Positions 39,099 through 48,545 are shown, counted from the first letter of the stretch. The stretch is 64,000 bases of DNA from Tenacibaculum sp. (GCA_020631475.1 JAHDHE010000002.1:3803-67802), one strand, 5' to 3'. Numbers and translations: made by a program. The notes: generated by a model not told the origin, from the sequence alone.

Positions 39099-40034
39099 AG
39101 CAACGGAAAATTATTATTAACAGGTGAATATGTTGTTCTTGACGGAGCAACCTCTTTAGCTGTTCCAACAAAATTTGGTCAAGATTTAATAGTTAGTCCT
39201 ATAAAAGAACAGCAACTTGTTTGGGGAAGTTTTACTAATACTGGCGAATGCTGGTTTGAAGCGAGTTTCGATTTACCAAAACTTAGACTAACCTCTGCAA
39301 CATTTAATTCTAACAAGGAAGGAAGTGCTGAATTCATTGCTGAAACTTTACGTGATATTTTATTAGAAGCAAAAGAACTAAATCCACAATTTTTAAATTC
39401 TGACAGCGGATTTGTTGTAAAAACCAACTTAACATTCCCAAAAGATTGGGGATTAGGAAGTTCATCAACTTTAATAAATAATATTGCTACTTGGGCAAAT
39501 ATAAACCCATTTACCTTGCTATGGAATGCTTTTTCTGGTAGTGGTTATGATATTGCTTGTGCAAGTCATAACTCTCCTATTTTATATCAATTAGAAAACA
39601 ACCTCTCGTCTCCGCTCGAGATGATACCAAAAATTGAAGAGGTGAAGTTCAATCCTAATTTTACAGATGAATTGTTTTTTGTGTATTTAAATCAAAAGCA
39701 AAACAGCAGAGAGGGAATTGCACAATACAAACAACACAAAGAAGAGGCAAAAACATTAATTTCTGAAATTAATAACTTAACTCAAGAGTTTTTAAAAGTT
39801 GACTCATCTAAAAGTTTAAACAAAATAATTGTTGAGCACGAACGTATTATTAGTTCAATTATAAAACAAGGACCTGTAAAAAAACAATTGTTTTCTGATT
39901 ATTTCGGAGAGATAAAAAGTTTAGGTGCTTGGGGTGGAGATTTTATTTTAGCTACCGGAAGCGAAGACAGTATTAAATATTTTAATAATAAAGGATACAA
40001 CACTGTTATTCCTTATAAAGAAATGGTTTTATAA
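39051..40034 (+). CDS. GHMP kinase (GYDIA type, putative phosphomevalonate kinase)
   Basis: GKLLLTGEY, WGLGSSS, SGSGYDIAC, KSLGAWGGDF; two REP-derived in-frame peptides. Confidence 0.88.
   Translation: MKKSTNNLVTERSRSYSNGKLLLTGEYVVLDGATSLAVPTKFGQDLIVSPIKEQQLVWGSFTNTGECWFEASFDLPKLRLTSATFNSNKEGSAEFIAETLRDILLEAKELNPQFLNSDSGFVVKTNLTFPKDWGLGSSSTLINNIATWANINPFTLLWNAFSGSGYDIACASHNSPILYQLENNLSSPLEMIPKIEEVKFNPNFTDELFFVYLNQKQNSREGIAQYKQHKEEAKTLISEINNLTQEFLKVDSSKSLNKIIVEHERIISSIIKQGPVKKQLFSDYFGEIKSLGAWGGDFILATGSEDSIKYFNNKGYNTVIPYKEMVL
39601..39626 (-). repeat. Degenerate REP-like hairpin inside the kinase CDS
   Basis: Minus strand TATC-ATCTC-GA-GCGGAGAC-GA-GAGGT; read as NLSSPLEMI on the plus strand. 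Confidence 0.7.
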
Positions 40035-40044
40035 ACATATTATT

Positions 40045-40110
40045 AGGTCTCGACTGCGCTCGACCTGACAAATTAATTTTTAAAATGTCTCCTCGAGCGC
40101 AGTCGAGAGG
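40045..40110. repeat. REP-like hairpin dimer (TGTC tags inward)
   Basis: TGTC-AGGTC-GA-GCGCAGTC-GA-GACCT (-, 40045-40070) and TGTC-TCCTC-GA-GCGCAGTC-GA-GAGG (+, 40086-40110). Confidence 0.85.
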
Positions 40111-40120
40111 TTTTCAATAA

Positions 40121-41332
40121 ATGAAAAAAGTAATAATCGTTGGCGGTGGTGCTGCAGGATATTTTACAGCAATTAACGCTAAAGAAGCTAATCCTGATTT
40201 GGATATTACCATTCTCGAAAAAGGAAAAGAGGTTTTACAAAAAGTTAAAATTTCTGGAGGTGGAAGATGTAATGTTACCCATGCTTGTTTTGAACCTAAA
40301 GAACTTACTAAATTCTACCCTCGTGGTGAAAAAGAATTATTAGGTCCTTTTCATCAATTTATGACAGGTGACACTTTTGAGTGGTTTGACAACAAAAATG
40401 TTCCTTTAAAAATAGAGGAAGATAACCGTGTGTTTCCTGAAGCAAATACTTCGCAAGCAATTATTGATTGTTTTCAGAATGAAGTAGACAACTTAGGAAT
40501 TAAAGTATTGAAAAACCATGGTGTAAACTCAGTTTCTCAACAAGATGATAAATGGATTATCCATACAAAACAAAAACAGTTTGAAGCTGATTTTTTAGTG
40601 ATTGCAGCAGGAAGCTCAAAAAAAGTGTGGGATTTATGCAAAACCCTAGATCACACTATTATTGAACCTGTCCCTTCTTTATTTACCTTTAACATAAAAG
40701 ACAAACGAATTATCGATTTGGGCGGTATCGCTGTACCAAATGCAGAAGTGAAATTAGTCGGAACTAATTTAGAAAATTCAGGACCTTTATTAATTACCCA
40801 TTGGGGATTAAGTGGACCTGCTATTTTAAAACTATCAGCTTTCGGGGCAAGAATTTTAGCTGACAAAAATTATCAATATGACGTAAAAGTTAATTGGCTA
40901 GGTCAAGATTTTGATTCGGTTTTAGAGGAACTTCAAAATTTAAAAAAATCACAACCTAAAAAACAAGTGAATTTAAAATCTCCTTTTGCTGATATTCCTC
41001 GTCGTTTATGGGAACGTTTTGTTGCTGCATCAGAAATTAAAACCAATCAGAATTGGGCAGATTTAAGTAACAAACATTTAAACAATTTAACAAATCAATT
41101 AACCAAAGGATTATTTAACGCTAACGGAAGAACTACTTTTAAAGATGAATTTGTAACCGCTGGTGGTGTAGATTTAAAAGAAATAAACTTTAAACGTTTT
41201 GAAAGTAAAAAACATAAAAACTTGTTTTTTGTTGGTGAAGTTTTAAATATTGATGCTGTTACAGGCGGATTTAACTTTCAAAATGCTTGGACTGGAGGAT
41301 ACATTTGTGCAAAAAGCATTGCTGAACAATAG
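40121..41332 (+). CDS. HI0933/YhiN-family flavoprotein oxidoreductase
   Basis: GGGAAG, KVKISGGGRCNVT, THWGLSGP, VTAGGV, TGGFNFQ.AW. Confidence 0.92.
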   Translation: MKKVIIVGGGAAGYFTAINAKEANPDLDITILEKGKEVLQKVKISGGGRCNVTHACFEPKELTKFYPRGEKELLGPFHQFMTGDTFEWFDNKNVPLKIEEDNRVFPEANTSQAIIDCFQNEVDNLGIKVLKNHGVNSVSQQDDKWIIHTKQKQFEADFLVIAAGSSKKVWDLCKTLDHTIIEPVPSLFTFNIKDKRIIDLGGIAVPNAEVKLVGTNLENSGPLLITHWGLSGPAILKLSAFGARILADKNYQYDVKVNWLGQDFDSVLEELQNLKKSQPKKQVNLKSPFADIPRRLWERFVAASEIKTNQNWADLSNKHLNNLTNQLTKGLFNANGRTTFKDEFVTAGGVDLKEINFKRFESKKHKNLFFVGEVLNIDAVTGGFNFQNAWTGGYICAKSIAEQ

Positions 41333-41343
41333 ATTTACAACAT

Positions 41344-41385
41344 AAAAAAAGTCCATTTACTAAAATTTAGTAAACGCACTTTTTT
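41344..41385. terminator. Probable bidirectional terminator
   Basis: Imperfect hairpin with A and T tracts between convergent genes. Confidence 0.6.
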
Positions 41386-41403
41386 ATTTAGCTTAGTTTT
41401 ACA

Positions 41404-41850
41404 CTAAACTACAGCTGATGCCTTCATTGATTTTCTATAAAGAAAAGAATTAAATATATTTCTCTTCCCGAAATTATTAATAGACTTCGCGTTTATAAAT
41501 TTTAAGAATATTTTTTTACTTACTCCAAAATACTCATAAGTATTACCATCAGTAAAAGTTACTTCTAGCAACATACTTTTATGTTTATAATCCGCTACTT
41601 TAAATTCGGTAATTGTAGTATTATAGGCTTCTAAGTTATCTTCTTTAGTTTTTGGCGCTATGCTAACTAAAAAATGATATCCATCTATAATTTTAGTACT
41701 TACCTCCTCTGCTTCTAACTTTTTTTCTTCTTCTAAAAATTTATCAGGATGCCATTCTTTAACCAATCCTCTATAAGTTTTTTTCAACTCCTTTAAGTCG
41801 ATAGCTCCTTCTACATTAAAAAGCTTTTTATATTCTTTTATTCGCTTCAT
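41404..41850 (-). CDS. J-domain / KTSC-domain protein
   Basis: LKKTYR.LVKEWHPDK (J-domain HPD); C-terminal LEVTFTDGNTYEYFGV (KTSC-like). Confidence 0.85.
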   Translation of the reverse strand: MKRIKEYKKLFNVEGAIDLKELKKTYRGLVKEWHPDKFLEEEKKLEAEEVSTKIIDGYHFLVSIAPKTKEDNLEAYNTTITEFKVADYKHKSMLLEVTFTDGNTYEYFGVSKKIFLKFINAKSINNFGKRNIFNSFLYRKSMKASAVV

Positions 41851-41972
41851 TTATATGAAATAATTTAGCCCGCGAAATTAATCATAATATCTGAATATGA
41901 GACAGAAAGCTCATTAAATTTAAAAGCAACTTATTTTGTTTCTATTTTTTAAAAACATACTTTTATACGGTA

Positions 41973-42749
41973 ATGAGAAATGAAACTTTTATTGAATTTT
42001 GGCTTCGTGATGCAACGCAAATTTTGCTACGCTACCTTTTTATAGCGGGTATTGCTTTTATTATTTTTTACATCTTATTTAAAAAAGCTTTTTGGTTTAG
42101 AAAAATTCAGAAAAAACTACCAAAATTAAAAGACTACAAGAGAGATATTGTGTACTCATTTATTTCTGTTTCAATATTTGCAACGGTAGCTCTTTTTGTT
42201 TTTTACTACTTAATTTCTTACACAAATATTTATTTTGATTTTAACGAATACGGAACAGTATATTATATTTTAAGCTGGTTTTGGATGTTCTTTTTACACG
42301 ACACCTACTTTTATTGGATACATCGTATGATGCATCATCCAAAACTATATAGAAAAATTCATTTAATACACCATAAATCTACCAATCCTTCGCCTTGGAC
42401 AGCTTATGCTTTTCATCCTTTTGAAGGTTTTTTAGAAGCATTAATAGCCCCTTTAATAGCTTTTACTTTACCTGTACATATTTCTTCTTTTAGCTTATTT
42501 TTCTTGTTTCAAATTATATATAATGTATATGGTCATTTAGGGTTTGAATTGTACCCAAGAAAATTTCATAAAACATGGATTGGAAGATGGATAAACACAT
42601 CGGTTGCTCATAATTTACATCATAAAAAATTTGATGGAAATTATGGTTTATATTTTCTTTTTTGGGACAGAATTATGGGAACCGTTAGAGAAGATTACAA
42701 TAAAACTTTTGATGAAACTACTGCTAAAAAAGTAATTAATAACTCATAA
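41973..42749 (+). CDS. Sterol desaturase / fatty-acid hydroxylase family
   Basis: His boxes HRMMH, HLIHH, HLG, HNLHH. Confidence 0.9.
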   Translation: MRNETFIEFWLRDATQILLRYLFIAGIAFIIFYILFKKAFWFRKIQKKLPKLKDYKRDIVYSFISVSIFATVALFVFYYLISYTNIYFDFNEYGTVYYILSWFWMFFLHDTYFYWIHRMMHHPKLYRKIHLIHHKSTNPSPWTAYAFHPFEGFLEALIAPLIAFTLPVHISSFSLFFLFQIIYNVYGHLGFELYPRKFHKTWIGRWINTSVAHNLHHKKFDGNYGLYFLFWDRIMGTVREDYNKTFDETTAKKVINNS

Positions 42750-43353
42750 CAGTACCATAATATAATAGCTGAAAGGTTTTGACATCTAATAATAAACAAT
42801 TCATCGCCATCATCATTCCGTAGTTAGATTTATCGTAAAAAAGATATTCGAAATAATTTATTTCTTTTTCATACTCGTAATAAGTTGCAGTTGTTTTAAA
42901 CTTATCGTTATAAAAATTTTCTAATTGAGATAACTGATGCACATTTATTTTAACCGAATAATTATACAAACTATCTAATTTAACTTTTAGTTTTCGACCT
43001 TTTGATGATAGTTTTCCAGTAGCACTAAAAAGCGTTTTTTCGTATTTATCTTTAGCTAGTAACTCATAAAAAATCATTTCGGTATTCACTTCTTTTTGAA
43101 TACTTTCAATATATTTTGACAAGTTATTTGATAATCTATTTAATTCACTAATTCTAACTTTAGTTTTCTGAAACATTAAAGGTTTTTTTTCTGCTTGTTT
43201 TTCAAAAAAAGCAGTTCTTCCTTGTATTATTTCATCATTAATACGAATAGCATCAACAATAGATTTGTGCGCAGTGAATGTTTTATATTTGTGCTGAGAC
43301 GCGCAGTTTAAAGAAATTAAACCAATAATTAGCAAAACAAATTTTCCTTTCAT
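42736..43353 (-). CDS. Hypothetical lipoprotein, possibly GldM N-terminal-like helical domain
   Basis: Lipobox-like SLNC; helical pattern SNNLSKYIESIQKEV...KGRKLK.KLD reminiscent of GldM_N. Confidence 0.55.
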   Translation of the reverse strand: MKGKFVLLIIGLISLNCASQHKYKTFTAHKSIVDAIRINDEIIQGRTAFFEKQAEKKPLMFQKTKVRISELNRLSNNLSKYIESIQKEVNTEMIFYELLAKDKYEKTLFSATGKLSSKGRKLKVKLDSLYNYSVKINVHQLSQLENFYNDKFKTTATYYEYEKEINYFEYLFYDKSNYGMMMAMNCLLLDVKTFQLLYYGTVMSY

Positions 43354-43409
43354 AAAAATATTTTTTTTTACAAGATACTATGTTTTTACTAATTATTATA
43401 AGTGCTGAA

Positions 43410-43697
43410 TTATTCTTCTTCGTAGCAATTAAAAACTATCGAATATCCGTATTCTACAGCTTCATTGTATAATTCTTTTTGCTCTTCTTCTTCAACGTCA
43501 TTTACAGAGTCTAAGCTAAAATATTCTTCCTCTATTTCTGTAACTTTCCACCCTTCATCTTTAATGTAAAATTTGGCAAGTTTTAAAGCTCCTTCTATAT
43601 CTTTATAATCAATATATAAACTTACATAAGCTCCGATTACTTCATCGTAATGTTCTGATGATTTTTTTGGTTTTGCTAAGGCATTTATTAAAAACAT
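43410..43697 (-). CDS. Hypothetical acidic protein
   Basis: 95-aa ORF co-oriented with neighbours. Confidence 0.7.
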   Translation of the reverse strand: MFLINALAKPKKSSEHYDEVIGAYVSLYIDYKDIEGALKLAKFYIKDEGWKVTEIEEEYFSLDSVNDVEEEEQKELYNEAVEYGYSIVFNCYEEE

Positions 43698-43714
43698 AAT
43701 TTATTTTTTATTGG

Positions 43715-43948
43715 TTAGGCTAATTCTCCTCTATGTGGTTTTAGAGCATCTCTAAAAATTTTCATATTGCTTTCATCAACTATAATAAAAGCTATGGTAT
43801 GCATTGGGTTGATTTTAAAGAAATCAACCTCATCGTATGGCAAACTATCTATTTGCGCAAATTCTTTTAAATGAACACAATGATGTTTTGCGGTTTCTAA
43901 TCCGTCAGGACCTTTAAAATCCCAAATTAGTTTTATTTTTCTACTCAC
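43715..43948 (-). CDS. Conserved hypothetical protein
   Basis: 77 aa; KLIWDF.GP...TA.HH..HL.EF, RDALKPHRG. Confidence 0.75.
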   Translation of the reverse strand: MSRKIKLIWDFKGPDGLETAKHHCVHLKEFAQIDSLPYDEVDFFKINPMHTIAFIIVDESNMKIFRDALKPHRGELA

Positions 43949-43966
43949 AATTATCGTTTAAAAGCA

Positions 43967-44001
43967 CAAAAATACCCAATTCAATTTTGAAAAGGGTATT
44001 T
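43967..44001 (-). terminator. Intrinsic terminator after the serine hydrolase
   Basis: AAATACCC...GGGTATTT hairpin with U tract on the minus strand. Confidence 0.6.
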
Positions 44002-44025
44002 AATCAACTAACTAATCAAAGAAAA

Positions 44026-45072
44026 TTACTTTTTCTCTTTTAAGGTGTACATATATGATTTAAAAATCTGAATTAATTTTTGAGTAGAAGAACCAGAAGA
44101 TGCGTTAAAAGTAAAACTAATTGTTAATTTTAATTCTGGGAAGTATGCTACTGCAGAACGAAATCCGTCAATTGCACCATCGTGACCATAAACTACCATA
44201 CCGTTAAAATCATCAACAGTAATTCCCATTCCCATTTTATCTTTAGGAGTTGTCATTAACTTTAAGCTACTTTCTGAAATCAGCTTACCCGTAAAAAGTG
44301 CATTATAAAATGTGTTTACATCTTTGGCGTTTGATATAATTCCGCCAGCTCCCATTGTACCTATTAAGTTTGTATGAAATGTTATTGGATGCCATTGGTT
44401 ATTTTCTGGATAATAACACATTGCTTCGTTTTTAGAAAAATTGATGTCTTTTCCAAAATCAGTATTTGTTAAATTTAGTTTCTTGCTAATTCTATTTTTA
44501 AGAATTTCTCTAAAAGTTAGTTTATCTAAATCTTCTGCTATGTAGGCTAATAAAATATAATTAGAATTTGAATACTCTGTTTTAGTACTCGGTTTAAACA
44601 AGCTGTTATAGCTCTTTATTTTAGCTAACATTTCAGTTCTACTCCTTGGTTCGCTAATCCAAACTTCAAAACCTCTATCTGCTGTAATATTATAAATTCC
44701 GCTCCTATGATGTAACATATCTGAAATCGTAATATTTTCAGCATTAGGAATTTCAGGAAAATATGTTTTCAATTTATCATTTACAGATAATTTACCTTCA
44801 TCAACCATTTGCAAAATAATTGTGGCTGTAAATGTTTTACTAATAGAGCCTATTCTGTATTTAGTTTCAGAATTGTTCTTTTTATCTAAATCTAGATTCG
44901 CAAAGCCAATTGACTTTGTATAAAAATTCTCTCCATCTTTTAAAATAGAAACAGTACCCATCGCAGTTTTTTCTTTTTCGTAAGAGGATAGTAGGTCATC
45001 TAAATTCTGAATTTGAGAACAGCTTACAAAAGAGCATACGATTCCTATTAGGAGTAAAAATCCTTTTTTCAT
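44026..45072 (-). CDS. Serine hydrolase (beta-lactamase/PBP-like)
   Basis: SxxK (SISK), YSN, HDG motifs; signal peptide. Confidence 0.9.
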   Translation of the reverse strand: MKKGFLLLIGIVCSFVSCSQIQNLDDLLSSYEKEKTAMGTVSILKDGENFYTKSIGFANLDLDKKNNSETKYRIGSISKTFTATIILQMVDEGKLSVNDKLKTYFPEIPNAENITISDMLHHRSGIYNITADRGFEVWISEPRSRTEMLAKIKSYNSLFKPSTKTEYSNSNYILLAYIAEDLDKLTFREILKNRISKKLNLTNTDFGKDINFSKNEAMCYYPENNQWHPITFHTNLIGTMGAGGIISNAKDVNTFYNALFTGKLISESSLKLMTTPKDKMGMGITVDDFNGMVVYGHDGAIDGFRSAVAYFPELKLTISFTFNASSGSSTQKLIQIFKSYMYTLKEKK

Positions 45073-45103
45073 AATAAAAAGCTTTAAGAGTTTATAAAAC
45101 TGA

Positions 45104-45460
45104 CTATTTGTTTTTAAAAGTCAAACCTATAAGACCAAGTCTTGCTATTAAGAAAACCAGCATTCCAAAAGTTGGAGTTAATAATGCTATTTTTAATCCA
45201 CCAGCTAAAACAGATGGGGCTATACTTGTCGCAATTGCCATTGCATCAAAAGCGCCAATCATCCCCAACATGAAACCTAAAAACCCAAAAACTAACGCAA
45301 ATAAACTAATATGCTTAATTAATGATGTTGTTTTTTGATTTTCATCACCTTTTAAAAATACTTTTACAATTAATGCAATACAGATAATTAACATTAATAG
45401 CATCGGGTACATAAACATTGGACCTCCTTCATTTAAGAAATTGAAAAATAAGAAATTCAT
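45104..45460 (-). CDS. Short MotA/TolQ/ExbB-like membrane protein
   Basis: EGG..M, GFLGFMLGMIGAFDA, AGGLKIAL. Confidence 0.8.
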   Translation of the reverse strand: MNFLFFNFLNEGGPMFMYPMLLMLIICIALIVKVFLKGDENQKTTSLIKHISLFALVFGFLGFMLGMIGAFDAMAIATSIAPSVLAGGLKIALLTPTFGMLVFLIARLGLIGLTFKNK

Positions 45461-45597
45461 AATTTTTGTTTTTAAAGTTATTATGCTTCAAATGTATTTT
45501 TAATCTTAATTGTTTTATATTAAAATAGACGAATCAAAATTAAGGAACTATAAATAACCAATTTACATCTAGTTTCAGTAAAAAGTAAAAAATGTGT

Positions 45598-45627
45598 ATT
45601 TCATCTATAATTAAGCTAATTTCATCT
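45598..45627. promoter_or_regulatory. Putative LytTR-binding direct repeat
   Basis: ATTTCATCT at 45598-45606 and 45619-45627 (21-bp period) between divergent genes. Confidence 0.55.
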
Positions 45628-45672
45628 TATAAGATATTATAATATCTAAAAAAAGTTGATATTGCAATAGAT

Positions 45673-46731
45673 ATGTTTAAACAATACCATAAATTAAATT
45701 TTCTTTTAGAAATTGTTATCCATTTTATTTTCTGGATAACAGTATACTATTTTTACAACTATTTTTTAGGCTATGGAAGCCTTAACACTGCATATGTAAA
45801 CAATTTCTCTTTGTTTTTAATGCCTGTTACCATTAGTATTAGTTATTTTTTTTATTTCTTTTTAATTCCCAATTATTTACTTAAAAAAAAGCAAGGTTTA
45901 TTTTTCTTATACACAATATACACCTTTATTATTTCTTTTTTCTTCATTGTTCTTTCTATACTATATGGTTTAGTTTTTTCTGAAAAATTTAAACTTAACG
46001 ATTATACACCAATTACCAAAGGTGTTATTTTTATAATTTTAGGAATCTACTTTATTGTTTTTATCGTTATTACAATAACTTTAGTAATACATAATTATAA
46101 ATCAACTTTAAAAAGCGAAGATTTAAAGAATAAATTTTTACAAACTCAACTACAATTAAAAGAGCAAGAATTGAAGTTTTTAAAAATGCAGATTCATCCT
46201 CATTTTTTATTCAATACCTTAAACACTTTATACGGGTTTGCATTAAAAAAATCTGATGCTGCTCCTGATATGATTTTAAAACTATCTAACCTTCTTGATT
46301 ACATATTGTATCAAGTTGACAAACCTTCAGTGCTTTTATCGGATGAAATAAAACATATAGAGAATTATATTGCTTTAGAAAAAATGCGTTTTCAAGAAAG
46401 CTTAGAGGTTAATTTCACTAAAGAACTGCATGTTGAAAATATTGAAGTACCACCTATGCTTTTACTACCTTTTATTGAAAACTCTTTTAAACATGGAATT
46501 CAAATAAATGATGTTTTAAAAGTTGATGTTTTTTTAAAAACAAGCAATAATCAGTTAGATTTCACAGTAAAAAACACAGCTAAAAAACACGTGCAAACAA
46601 AAAGCGGAATTGGTTTAGACAACATAAAAAAACGTCTTAAAATGTTATTTAACTCTAACTACACTTTAAATATTCTTCAAGAAGAAAACACTTTTAATGT
46701 TGAACTTAAAATCCCATTAAAAAATGTCTAA
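45673..46731 (+). CDS. LytS-type sensor histidine kinase
   Basis: QIHPHFLFNTLN, PFIENSFKHG, GIGLDN. Confidence 0.93.
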   Translation: MFKQYHKLNFLLEIVIHFIFWITVYYFYNYFLGYGSLNTAYVNNFSLFLMPVTISISYFFYFFLIPNYLLKKKQGLFFLYTIYTFIISFFFIVLSILYGLVFSEKFKLNDYTPITKGVIFIILGIYFIVFIVITITLVIHNYKSTLKSEDLKNKFLQTQLQLKEQELKFLKMQIHPHFLFNTLNTLYGFALKKSDAAPDMILKLSNLLDYILYQVDKPSVLLSDEIKHIENYIALEKMRFQESLEVNFTKELHVENIEVPPMLLLPFIENSFKHGIQINDVLKVDVFLKTSNNQLDFTVKNTAKKHVQTKSGIGLDNIKKRLKMLFNSNYTLNILQEENTFNVELKIPLKNV

Positions 46732-47431
46732 GAAAATAACTTGTGTAATTGTTGATGACGAACCCATAGCTAGAGAAATAATTACTTCATTTGTACAAAA
46801 AACATCTTCGCTCAAATTAATAAAAACTTGTAAAAATGCCATGGAGGCTGTTAATTTCACTCAAGAAAATAATGTCGATTTATTTTTCTTAGACATTAAT
46901 ATGCCAGAAATTAACGGACTTAGTTTAGCAAAAATAATTGGAGATAAATCTAAAATAATTTTCACAACTGCTTATCGTGATTATGCTGTAGACGGATTTA
47001 ATTTAAATGTAGTTGACTACTTATTAAAACCTATTGCTTTCGAACGTTTTTTTGAAGCTATTCAAAAAGTAAATTCAGCTTTTATACCATTAGAAATAAA
47101 AGAAAAAAGCATTGAATCTAAAAATTACATCTTTGTGCGTTCTGATCGTAAAATGGTAAAAATAAATTTTGAAGAAATTTTATATATTGAAAGTTTAGGT
47201 GATTATTTAAAAGTTTTTTTAGAGAATAAAACAGTTATAACAAGAGAAACAATGAATAATATAGAAAGTAAATTACTTATAAATAAATTTATTCGAATTC
47301 ACCGATCATATATTGTTTCTTTAAATAAAATAAGTTCTTACACAAATGAATTTATTGAAATCAATAAAAAAGCATTACCTATTAGCAGAAGTTATAAAGA
47401 AAGCGTTTTACAAAAATTAGCAGAAGTGTAG
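46724..47431 (+). CDS. LytTR-family response regulator
   Basis: VDDE, FLDINMP, DYLLKP, FIRIHRSYIV. Confidence 0.94.
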   Translation: MSKKITCVIVDDEPIAREIITSFVQKTSSLKLIKTCKNAMEAVNFTQENNVDLFFLDINMPEINGLSLAKIIGDKSKIIFTTAYRDYAVDGFNLNVVDYLLKPIAFERFFEAIQKVNSAFIPLEIKEKSIESKNYIFVRSDRKMVKINFEEILYIESLGDYLKVFLENKTVITRETMNNIESKLLINKFIRIHRSYIVSLNKISSYTNEFIEINKKALPISRSYKESVLQKLAEV

Positions 47432-47465
47432 TCTAAATTTTATCTTTACCGCAAAATTTAGACTT

Positions 47466-48545
47466 TTGAACACATCACAATTTATTTACAAAAACATAGA
47501 GAAAGTAATTGAAAAAGCAACATTTACATGGCAAACACCAAGTAATATAGCTTTGGTAAAATATTGGGGAAAAAGTAATCCGCAAATTCCTAAAAATGCC
47601 TCTATAAGCTTTACATTAAATAACTGTAACACTATAACAACTATCGATTTTGAAAAAAAATCGAAAAATACAGTTGCAGATTTCGAGCTATTTTTTGAAG
47701 GAAAAAAGAAAGATGATTTTAAACCAAAAATTGCTGAATTTTTTAAAAGAATAGAAGAATACTGCTCTTATATTCTAGACTACAAAATGACTATTAGCTC
47801 AGAAAATTCATTTCCTCATAGTAGTGGAATAGCTTCATCTGCAAGCGGAATGAGCGCGATAGCAATGTGTTTAATGAGTTTAGAAAAAGAATTAAATCCA
47901 AGTTTAAATCAAGAATTTATCAACAAAAAAGCATCTTTTTTAGCTCGTTTAGGATCTGGAAGTGCTAGTAGAAGTATAGAAGGACCATTGGTTGTTTGGG
48001 GAACTCATTCGAAAATTGAAGGGAGTTCGGATTTATTTGGTGTAAAATTTCCTTATGATGTACACCCGATTTTTAAAAATTATTGTGATACTATTTTACT
48101 GGTTGACAAAGGCGAGAAACAAGTTTCATCTACAGTTGGCCATAATTTAATGCACAATCATCCTTATGCAGAACAACGATTTAAACAAGCTAATGAAAAT
48201 TTAGGAAAACTTTCGGAAATTCTTCAAAATGGCGACATAAAAAGCTTTATTAATTTAGTAGAAAGTGAAGCCTTAACATTGCATGCAATGATGCTTACTA
48301 GCAATCCTTATTTTATTTTAATGAAATCAAATACTTTGGAAGTTATTAATAAAATATGGCAATACCGAGAAGAAAATAATAGCAATATTTGTTTTACTTT
48401 AGATGCTGGAGCAAACGTTCATATTCTATACCCAAACTCAGAAAAGACTGAAATAGAACTATTTATTAAGAACTCCTTAGCAGAATTCTGTCAAAAAAAT
48501 CAGTATATTTGTGATAATGTGGGTTTTGGTGCAAAACCGCAATAA
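47466..48545 (+). CDS. mvaD: Diphosphomevalonate decarboxylase
   Basis: SNIALVKYWGK, GIASSASG, RLGSGSASRS, FTLDAGANVH. Confidence 0.93.
   Translation: MNTSQFIYKNIEKVIEKATFTWQTPSNIALVKYWGKSNPQIPKNASISFTLNNCNTITTIDFEKKSKNTVADFELFFEGKKKDDFKPKIAEFFKRIEEYCSYILDYKMTISSENSFPHSSGIASSASGMSAIAMCLMSLEKELNPSLNQEFINKKASFLARLGSGSASRSIEGPLVVWGTHSKIEGSSDLFGVKFPYDVHPIFKNYCDTILLVDKGEKQVSSTVGHNLMHNHPYAEQRFKQANENLGKLSEILQNGDIKSFINLVESEALTLHAMMLTSNPYFILMKSNTLEVINKIWQYREENNSNICFTLDAGANVHILYPNSEKTEIELFIKNSLAEFCQKNQYICDNVGFGAKPQ

Noticed and set aside
12567-40110. Hairpin repeats as a CRISPR array or integron attC sites
   Set aside because: No regular repeat-spacer period, no cas or integrase genes, and no GTTRRRY/RYYYAAC ends.
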